Part shown: positions 57,367 to 64,000 of the stretch, one piece after another | Layout: each line of letters begins with the position of its first letter | Position numbering within the stretch: the stretch's first letter is position 1 | Notes under the pieces: generated by a model | Seen by the model: only the letters and a program-made list of their open reading frames with translations | Databases searched by the model: none | Told to the model about the DNA's origin: nothing | Assembly (NCBI GenBank): GCA_963788125.1 | Contig: CAWBFN010000003.1 | Span: 184,450-248,449 of the forward strand | Source of the DNA: an uncultured Acidimicrobiaceae bacterium | GTDB lineage: Bacteria; Actinomycetota; Acidimicrobiia; Acidimicrobiales; RAAP-2 | DNA: 64,000 nucleotides | Direction: 5' to 3' | Translations under genes and position numbers: made by a program

Positions 57367-58493
57367 CCGCCACCCTCGCTGTCGTCGTCCACAACGGGAC
57401 GGCCCTGTGGTACCTGACGCGCGCCACCGGTCTCGTCTCCCTGGTCTTGCTGTCGGCCACCGTCGTCCTCGGCATCGTCGCCTCGGTGGGTTGGACGGCG
57501 GCCCGATGGCCGAGGTTCCTCTCCCAGGCGGTCCACCGGAATCTCTCGCTGTTCTGCATCGTGCTGATCGCCGTCCATATCGTGACGACCGTCGCCGACG
57601 GGTTCGTCCCGATCGGCTACCTGGACGCGTTCGTGCCGCTTCTTTCGCCCTATCGTCCGCTGTGGATCGGTCTGGGGGCGCTGGCGTTCGACATGTTGCT
57701 GACCGTGGCCATCACCAGTGGACTGCGGGCACGCATCGGGGTCCGTACCTGGCGGGGGGTGCACTATCTGGCCTATGTCTGCTGGCCCATCGCCGTCCTG
57801 CACGGTCTGGGCAGCGGTACCGATGCGCGCCTGTCGGTCACGGTGCTCATCAACGTGCTGTGCATCGGGGCGGTGGTCGGGGCACTGGCCTGGCGGCTCA
57901 TCGCGGCCCGCGGCGTTCCGAGCACGCGCCGCCTGGCCGCCGCCGGCGCAGCGACCGTGCTGGTGATCGGCATCGGCGTCTTTGCTCTCGTCGGACCGCT
58001 CCAGCCCGGGTGGTCGAAGCGGGCGGGCACCTCCCCGGCGGTGCTGGCCGAGATCAACGCTCATTTCGCCGTGAAGTCGGCGGCCGCACCGATCGGCGCT
58101 GTGACCAGGACAGCGCCCTCGAGCGGCGCGGGGTCCTCGGCGGCGGGCATCCCTGCCGTCCCGTTCACGGCCAACGTGAACGGGACTGTTCAATCGTCGA
58201 GTCCGAACGCCGCCGGGGAGGTGGAGGTGGTCCTCTCCCTGCAGGTGCAGGGCTCGAGTGCTCCCCTGGTCGTCAAGTTGACGGGCACGGCGGTCAACGG
58301 AGGCGTGGCGATGTCGAGCAGCCAGGTCGTCTTCGGCGACGCCCAGGGCACGGTGACCGCACTCGACGGGTCCAGCGTCGGGGCCACGGTGCGCGGGCCG
58401 GGTGGACCGATCGATCTCCAGATGCTGCTGAACATCGACAAGTCCGCCCGCAGCGTCAGTGGAACCGTGAGCGGATCTTCGGGAGGACGATAG
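57363..58493 (+). CDS. Ferric-reductase-like (MsrQ/YedZ-type) di-heme membrane protein with a ~170-aa Ser/Gly/Val-rich C-terminal domain
   Basis: His-bearing helices (AVHRNLSLFCIVLIAVHIV, GVHYLAYVCWPIAVLHGL). ATGA overlap with apbE. The upstream part of ORF 56622..58493 is an artefact. Confidence 0.7.
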   Translation: MTATLAVVVHNGTALWYLTRATGLVSLVLLSATVVLGIVASVGWTAARWPRFLSQAVHRNLSLFCIVLIAVHIVTTVADGFVPIGYLDAFVPLLSPYRPLWIGLGALAFDMLLTVAITSGLRARIGVRTWRGVHYLAYVCWPIAVLHGLGSGTDARLSVTVLINVLCIGAVVGALAWRLIAARGVPSTRRLAAAGAATVLVIGIGVFALVGPLQPGWSKRAGTSPAVLAEINAHFAVKSAAAPIGAVTRTAPSSGAGSSAAGIPAVPFTANVNGTVQSSSPNAAGEVEVVLSLQVQGSSAPLVVKLTGTAVNGGVAMSSSQVVFGDAQGTVTALDGSSVGATVRGPGGPIDLQMLLNIDKSARSVSGTVSGSSGGR

Positions 58494-59800
58494 TGAGAGC
58501 CCACCTGGTCTCTTCGACCGCCACCCTGCCCCAGGCTCCTTCGTCCCCGCGCCTGCTGAGCGCCCTCGAGGCGCCCGACTCGGTGGTCGATCTGGAAAGG
58601 CACTTGGCGCACTGGGGGGCACTGCCGCTGCGCAGCGCCCGGTCGACGCTGCTCGACGAACTGGACTCCGGCGGCCTGCGCGGCCATGGAGGAGCCTGGT
58701 TCCCCGTCGGCAAGAAGTGGCGCGGCATACGTGACGGATCTCGCCGGCCCGTCGTGGTGGCCAACGGGTCCGAGTCAGAGCCGGCCAGCCGGAAGGACGC
58801 GTTCCTACTGACGCACTCGCCCCACCTGGTGCTCGACGGGGCGTCGCTCGCCGCCGCGACGCTCGACGCCCATCGGGTCGTGGTGTTCGTCCCGCTGCGT
58901 CACGTCGACAGCCTCCGCCGGTGCGTACAGGCACGGAACCGCTCGGGCATCGACCCAGTGAAGATCGAAGTCATCGCCGCCGCCGAGGCCTATCTCTCGG
59001 GGCAAGAGACCGCCGTCGTCCACGCCCTCAACGACGGCCCCGCCGTTCCCACCTTCGTCGGGCTGCAGTCCATCCGGGAGCGCGGCGTGCGGGGTCGTCC
59101 CACCCTGGTGCAGAACGTGGAGTCGCTCGCCCACGTGGCGATGATCAGCCGTTACGGCGGTCAATGGTTCCGCTCGGTGGGGACGGCGGACTCTCCGGGA
59201 ACGATGTTGGTCACCATCACCGGCCGGTGGGGCGAGCCGGTGGTCGTTGAGGCCCCGCTGGGCGTGGCCTTTCGTGATCTCCTGCACCTGGCGACCGAGG
59301 ACACCCGCCGGTACTGGGGGGCCCTGTTGGGCGGGTACGGCGGAGGGTGGTTACCGCCGTCGGTACTCCTCGAGGGGAATCTCAGCGAAGAGTGGGCCCG
59401 TCAGCAGCACTCCTCGCTCGGCGCCGGGGTTGTCGCCCTTCTCCCGCGCTCGTGCTGTCCAGTGGCCGAAGCGGCTCGGGTGGTCCGCTACATGGAGCAG
59501 CAGGGGGCGGGCCAGTGCGGTCCCTGCCGGTACGGTCTGGCCGACCTCGCCGGCCAATTCGAGCTTCTCGCCTTCCGTCCGGACTCGTTCCGCGGCCGCT
59601 TCCCGCCCATTCTCGAACTGTGCAATCTGATCGAAGGGAGGGGGGCGTGCCGGCACCCCGATGGCGTCACGCGCTTCGTCCGCACCGCCCTGACAGTCTT
59701 TCGGCACGACGTGGACGGGCACTTCCGCCGTGGTCCGTGCGACGCGGTCAGCCGACCGGCGTACCTGCCGACGCCATCCCCGAACGGATGGAGCCGGTGA
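58493..59800 (+). CDS. NuoF-like protein (NADH/FMN site + SLBB + Fe-S region), soluble
   Basis: GLRGHGGAWFPVGKKW, VVANGSESEPASRKDAF, PTLVQNVESLAHV and the Fe-S region GAGQCGPCRYG...GRGACRHPDG. GTG start overlaps the preceding TAG by 1 nt. Confidence 0.75.
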   Translation: MRAHLVSSTATLPQAPSSPRLLSALEAPDSVVDLERHLAHWGALPLRSARSTLLDELDSGGLRGHGGAWFPVGKKWRGIRDGSRRPVVVANGSESEPASRKDAFLLTHSPHLVLDGASLAAATLDAHRVVVFVPLRHVDSLRRCVQARNRSGIDPVKIEVIAAAEAYLSGQETAVVHALNDGPAVPTFVGLQSIRERGVRGRPTLVQNVESLAHVAMISRYGGQWFRSVGTADSPGTMLVTITGRWGEPVVVEAPLGVAFRDLLHLATEDTRRYWGALLGGYGGGWLPPSVLLEGNLSEEWARQQHSSLGAGVVALLPRSCCPVAEAARVVRYMEQQGAGQCGPCRYGLADLAGQFELLAFRPDSFRGRFPPILELCNLIEGRGACRHPDGVTRFVRTALTVFRHDVDGHFRRGPCDAVSRPAYLPTPSPNGWSR

Positions 59801-60105
59801 TGGAGGTTCGTACGGTCGGTGTTCAAGGTGTTCAAGGCGCACGGGTGAACGGCGCCCGGGTCAACGGCACCGGGGTCAACGGCGCAGCGCTGCCGCGAAG
59901 GCGCCTCACGCTGGTGGTCGACCCCACGTCGTGCGACGGGCGCGGCGTGTGCGCGGAGCTGTTCCCCGAGAGGGTCACGATGGACCACTGGGGTTATCCG
60001 ATCATTGACGACGAGGAGATCCCGCTGGTGCTGAGCGATAACGCCCGGCGGGCGGTCGCCGCGTGCCCGCGGCTGGCTCTCCACCTGGTGGAGCGCCGCC
60101 AATGA
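59800..60105 (+). CDS. Small single-cluster ferredoxin with a repeat-containing N-terminal extension
   Basis: VVDPTSCDGRGVCAELFPE...AVAACPRLAL. TGATG overlap with the NuoF-like gene. An internal start is possible. Confidence 0.65.
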   Translation: MEVRTVGVQGVQGARVNGARVNGTGVNGAALPRRRLTLVVDPTSCDGRGVCAELFPERVTMDHWGYPIIDDEEIPLVLSDNARRAVAACPRLALHLVERRQ

Positions 60106-61382
60106 ACCCGGACCTCGTAGACGACATCGACGGCGGGGTCGACAGCGACCTTTCCGCCCCCATCCGATCTCGCGGCTGTGACAGAGTGCGGCAGCCGGGG
60201 GACTCGCGTCCCCGGCGGCGACCCCAGCGAGCCCGACGGGTGTACCGGCGTCGTCGGATCAAGGCGGCCATCGCTCTGGTGCTGGCCGTCTTCATCATCT
60301 GGACCGGCGTCTCGCTCGGGGGCGCGCTGCTCAACCCGGCTCTCGGAAGTTCGTTCGCCTCCCGTTTCTCGGAGTGGGCCCGCGAGCACGGGGGTGCCTC
60401 CATCGTGAATTGGGTGGAAAAAGAGTGGTACAGCCACCATCCACCACCGATCGGCGGAAAGCCCCCGGCCGGGGCCATACGCGTTCCCCACAAGTCGCTG
60501 GCCCTGGTGGCATCCGGGCCCCCCCATCTGCCGCCACCCGTGCCGATCGTGCCCTTGGCCAGCCCCGCCATCTCCGGCGAGGGCCAGTGGTCGCAGGCCG
60601 GACGGTGGGTGGGGGGAGTCCCGGCGATCTACGAGACCACCCTCCGGCCTGACGCCGTCCACACCAGCTACGTGGTGGGCGTGGCGTGGATGGACACCAA
60701 GCTGTTGAAGGCGACGCTCTACTCGGGCAGCCAGATCCCCGGGGGCGGCCCCTACACCTACACGGCGCCGGTGCAGGCCGGAGCGGCCGACAGCCTGGTC
60801 GCCGCGTTCAATGCCGGCTTCCTGATGAGCGACGCCAACGGCGGGTACTACACGGAGGACAAGACGATTCTCCCTCTTCGGGCCGGCGCGGCGTCGTTCG
60901 TCATCTACCGGAACGGTTCGGCCACGGTCGGTGAGTGGGGCCGCGACGTCACCATGACCCCGAACGTCGTGTCTGTCCGCCAGAACCTCGATCTCCTGGT
61001 CGACGGGGGCAAGCCGGTTCCCGGCCTCAACGCCGCGGATACTACGCAGTGGGGTGACACCCTGGGCAATCAGGTCTACGTCTGGCGCTCGGGCATCGGG
61101 GTCACCACCGACGGTGCCCTCGTCTATGTCGGCGGACCGGGACTCAACGTCACCGACCTGGCCAATATCTTGGTCCGGGCGGGCGCCGTGCGGGCCATGG
61201 AGCTCGACATCAACACCGACTGGGTCAACTACTCGGTATACGACCCGGCCACGCCGAACGGGCCGGCGTCGGGAGCCAACGGCACCGAGCTGCTTCCCGG
61301 AATGACGGGATCCCCATCTCGGTACTTCCAGTCCTGGTGGGCTCGGGACTTCATCACGATGTCGACAGCCGTGAGGTCCTGA
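60102..61382 (+). CDS. Membrane-anchored phosphodiester glycosidase family (DUF2233/NAGPA-like) protein
   Basis: TM helix AAIALVLAVFIIWTGVSLGGALL. AAFNAGF..., WRSGIGVTTDGALVYVGG and AGAVRAMELD. ATGA overlap with the ferredoxin gene. Confidence 0.65.
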   Translation: MNPDLVDDIDGGVDSDLSAPIRSRGCDRVRQPGDSRPRRRPQRARRVYRRRRIKAAIALVLAVFIIWTGVSLGGALLNPALGSSFASRFSEWAREHGGASIVNWVEKEWYSHHPPPIGGKPPAGAIRVPHKSLALVASGPPHLPPPVPIVPLASPAISGEGQWSQAGRWVGGVPAIYETTLRPDAVHTSYVVGVAWMDTKLLKATLYSGSQIPGGGPYTYTAPVQAGAADSLVAAFNAGFLMSDANGGYYTEDKTILPLRAGAASFVIYRNGSATVGEWGRDVTMTPNVVSVRQNLDLLVDGGKPVPGLNAADTTQWGDTLGNQVYVWRSGIGVTTDGALVYVGGPGLNVTDLANILVRAGAVRAMELDINTDWVNYSVYDPATPNGPASGANGTELLPGMTGSPSRYFQSWWARDFITMSTAVRS

Positions 61383-61383
61383 G

Positions 61384-62352
61384 GTGAGCACGCGGGACGA
61401 AGCGGCCGAGGTGTTCGTGCCGGGAATTGGCGCCCTGAAGGGCGCGACGGGTCGGGCGGCGACCGCCACCCGGATCCTCACCGACGTCCTCGCCAGCATG
61501 CGCCCGCGGCAGTGGACAAAGAACGCACTGGTCTTCGTGGCCCCGGCAGCGGCGGGCGTCCTCGTTCACCGCATCGACCTCCTCCACACGCTGGCCACCT
61601 TCGGGATCTTCTGTGCGGCCGCCTCGGGTGTCTACCTGGTCAACGACCTCGTCGACGTTGGGGCCGATCGAAGCCATCCCGTCAAGCGCCATCGTCCGAT
61701 CGCCCGGGGCGCCGTCTCCCCGCGTCTCGCCGTGCCGATCGCTCTGGGACTCCTCGGTGGCGCCTTGGCGGCGTCGTGGTTCGTGGCGCGCCAGGATCTC
61801 GTCGTCCTCATTGCGGTCTACCTCGTCATAAGCTTCGCCTACACGCTCAGGTTGAAGCGCGAGCCGGTCATTGAGCTGGCGGCGGTGGCGTCGGGCTTTC
61901 TTCTGCGTGCCGTTGCGGGCGGCGTGGCCACCCACATCCCCCTGTCCAGCTGGTTCGTGGCGGTCGCTTCCTTCGGCGCGCTGTTCGTGGTCGTCGGCAA
62001 ACGCCTGGGGGAGTACCTTCGCCTGGGCGAGACGGCGGGCCAGCATCGCTATGTGCTCGAGGTCTACACGGCGTCGTTCCTGCGATCGGCCCTGACGCTG
62101 ACCGCGTCGGTCACGGTCACCGCATACTGCCTGTGGGCCTTCGAGAAGGCGGGACTGCTGTCGCATGCCGCGCACCACTACGTGTGGATTCAGCTCTCGG
62201 TTATCCCCATCATCGTAGGCGTCCTGCACATCCTGCGCCTGGTCGACGCCGGGCTCGTCGATGCGCCGGAAGAACTGGTCTTCCACGACCACCTCCTCCA
62301 GGGGCTCGGTGCGCTCTGGATCGGGCTGTTCGCCATCGGAATTTACGGGTGA
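61384..62352 (+). CDS. ubiA: Decaprenyl-phosphate phosphoribosyltransferase (UbiA prenyltransferase family)
   Basis: NDLVDVGADRSHPVKRHRPIARG. Polytopic. Followed by dprE1-dprE2. Confidence 0.8.
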   Translation: MSTRDEAAEVFVPGIGALKGATGRAATATRILTDVLASMRPRQWTKNALVFVAPAAAGVLVHRIDLLHTLATFGIFCAAASGVYLVNDLVDVGADRSHPVKRHRPIARGAVSPRLAVPIALGLLGGALAASWFVARQDLVVLIAVYLVISFAYTLRLKREPVIELAAVASGFLLRAVAGGVATHIPLSSWFVAVASFGALFVVVGKRLGEYLRLGETAGQHRYVLEVYTASFLRSALTLTASVTVTAYCLWAFEKAGLLSHAAHHYVWIQLSVIPIIVGVLHILRLVDAGLVDAPEELVFHDHLLQGLGALWIGLFAIGIYG

Positions 62353-63740
62353 CCCCCCAACGCCTGCTTACCGGCTGGGGACGCACGGCGCCCTCGGCCA
62401 GCCGGGTCGTGGTACCCGACGACCTCGGCGCACTGACTCGACTCTTGGTCAACGGCGATGGTGCACCGGGTGGGATGGCAGCGCCGCCCATGATCGCCCG
62501 CGGCCTGGGGCGGAGCTACGGCGACGCCGCTCAGTGCGCCGCCGGGGTGGTCATCGACACGTCGAGGCTCGATGCCATCGGACCCATCCATCCACAGACC
62601 GGGTCCGTCGAGGTGGGCGGCGGAGTGAGCCTGGACGCCCTTATCCGCGCCGCCATCCCATCGGGCTGGTTCATCCCGGTCTCGCCGGGGACCCGCCAGG
62701 TGACGGTGGGCGGGGCGATCGCCGCTGACGTCCACGGCAAGAACCACCACCGACACGGAAGCTTCTGCCGCCACGTGGCGTCCCTCACCTTGGTCACGCC
62801 GGCCGGGATCCGCACGATCGACCCCGAAGGCGATCCCGAGCTGTTCTGGGCCACCGCCGGTGGGATGGGGCTCACCGGTGTGGTGGTGGCGGCGACACTG
62901 CGGCTCCGCGGAGTGGAGACGACCTGGGTGGAGGTGGACACGGAACGGTTCGACGACCTCGACGACGCCATGTCCGTCATGCAGACCACCGACCACCTGT
63001 ACCCGTACTCCGTGGCGTGGGTGGACTGCAACCCCCATCACAGGAGTCTCGGTCGGTCGGTAATGACGAGGGGTGACCATGCCTCGGCCGATGCCCTGAC
63101 TCCCCGGCTGCGCGACAAACCACTCGCCCTGCCCGGCACCGCGCGTCTGCGGCTGCCCTTCCGCCCGCCGATTTCTCTGGTGGGCCGGAACACGGCGCGC
63201 GCCTTCAACGAACTGTGGTTCCGCAAGGCGCCGCGGCGCGAGTTCGGGGCACTCGTCCCGTTGACCACCTTCCTCCATCCCCTCGATGCCGTCGCCGACT
63301 GGAACCTGCTCTACGGCCCCAGGGGCTTCGTCCAGTACCAGTTCGTCGTGCCGCCGGATCAGGGCGACGTCGTCCACACGGCGATCTCCATGATGGCGGC
63401 CTCGCGAGTCCCCTCGACCATGGCCGTCCTCAAGCGGTTCGGGCGGGGCGATCCGGGCCCGCTGTCGTTCCCGATGGAGGGCTGGACTCTCGCCCTCGAC
63501 TTTCCCTTGGGACCGCCCGGACTCTCCGGCCTGCTCGACCGGTTGGACGAGCTGGTCGCCGCCGCCGGTGGGCGGGTGTACCTGGCCAAGGACGCCCGGC
63601 TGCGGCCGGAGGTGGTGGACGTCATGTATCCGAGGATCGGGGAGCTGGCGGCGGTACGGAGAGAAGTCGATCCCCTGGGCGTCCTCCGATCCGATCTCTC
63701 CCGGCGTCTCGGTATCGATCGACAAGAGTACGAATCATGA
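62349..63740 (+). CDS. dprE1: Decaprenylphosphoryl-beta-D-ribose 2'-oxidase (FAD)
   Basis: LTGWGRTAPS start, FAD-binding ARGLGRSYGD, GGAIAADVHGKNHH and C-terminal VYLAKD. GTGA overlap with ubiA. Confidence 0.85.
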   Translation: MTPQRLLTGWGRTAPSASRVVVPDDLGALTRLLVNGDGAPGGMAAPPMIARGLGRSYGDAAQCAAGVVIDTSRLDAIGPIHPQTGSVEVGGGVSLDALIRAAIPSGWFIPVSPGTRQVTVGGAIAADVHGKNHHRHGSFCRHVASLTLVTPAGIRTIDPEGDPELFWATAGGMGLTGVVVAATLRLRGVETTWVEVDTERFDDLDDAMSVMQTTDHLYPYSVAWVDCNPHHRSLGRSVMTRGDHASADALTPRLRDKPLALPGTARLRLPFRPPISLVGRNTARAFNELWFRKAPRREFGALVPLTTFLHPLDAVADWNLLYGPRGFVQYQFVVPPDQGDVVHTAISMMAASRVPSTMAVLKRFGRGDPGPLSFPMEGWTLALDFPLGPPGLSGLLDRLDELVAAAGGRVYLAKDARLRPEVVDVMYPRIGELAAVRREVDPLGVLRSDLSRRLGIDRQEYES

Positions 63741-64000
63741 GGGACGCCTTCGGTCACCCCCAGTCAGTGGTCGTGCTCGGGGGTACCTCCGAAATCGCCG
63801 GTGCGCTGGTCGACCGGCTGGTGGCCAAGAGGTGCCGAACGGTGGTCCTTGCCGGGAGGGACTCCGAGGCCCTCGAGCGCGCCGCGCAGCGGGCCAAAGA
63901 GGGCGGGGCCGACGACATCAGGATCGTGGTGTTCGACGCCCTCGACCTCCACCACGTGGAGGACGTCGTCTCAGAGTGTCTGGACGCGGCGGGTGACACC
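63737..64000 (+). CDS. dprE2: Decaprenylphosphoryl-2-keto-ribose reductase (SDR), 3' end outside the window
   Basis: My own translation from ATG 63737: MRDAFGHPQSVVVLGGTSEIAGALVDRLVAKRCRTVVLAGRD... ATGA overlap with dprE1. It is absent from the ORF track because no stop falls in the window. Confidence 0.8.
   Translation, partial: MRDAFGHPQSVVVLGGTSEIAGALVDRLVAKRCRTVVLAGRDSEALERAAQRAKEGGADDIRIVVFDALDLHHVEDVVSECLDAAGDT

Overview
High-GC (~70%) actinobacterial chromosome segment, identified by WhiB, a PdtaS-type kinase, DprE1/DprE2/UbiA, a PIG-L deacetylase and DUF3107 with paired ArsA-like ATPases. It is densely packed with about 70 genes, many joined by ATGA/GTGA start-stop overlaps. Housekeeping genes include cysS (5' partial), gmd, dgt, etfBA, acn, argS, fpg/nei, bcp, a DEAD-box helicase and a family-5 UDG. 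Four things stand out. (1) A complete System I cytochrome c maturation operon, ccdA-ccmABCDEFGH(I) at 6.5-14.4 kb, is unexpected in an actinobacterial context, and its ccmC has no stop codon of its own. (2) A flavinylation-linked transmembrane redox cluster sits at 51.8-60.1 kb. It holds a NOX/FRE-type reductase, an FMN_bind protein with an SGAS flavinylation motif, a two-component system, ApbE, an MsrQ-like di-heme membrane protein, a NuoF-like protein and a ferredoxin. It is translationally chained to the decaprenyl-phosphoarabinose genes (ubiA-dprE1-dprE2). (3) A ~5.7-kb low-GC, gene-poor segment (about 45.8-51.5 kb) carries decayed genes: an FtsX remnant and a frameshifted VIT transporter. 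(4) There are several small repeats and candidate operators, including a perfect CRP box in front of whiB. Three reading frames are broken, and two of them are repaired by the same G5->G6 edit, so sequencing error must be excluded first. I saw no rRNA, tRNA, CRISPR array, transposase or integrase. All protein calls rest on motif recognition by eye, not on searches.
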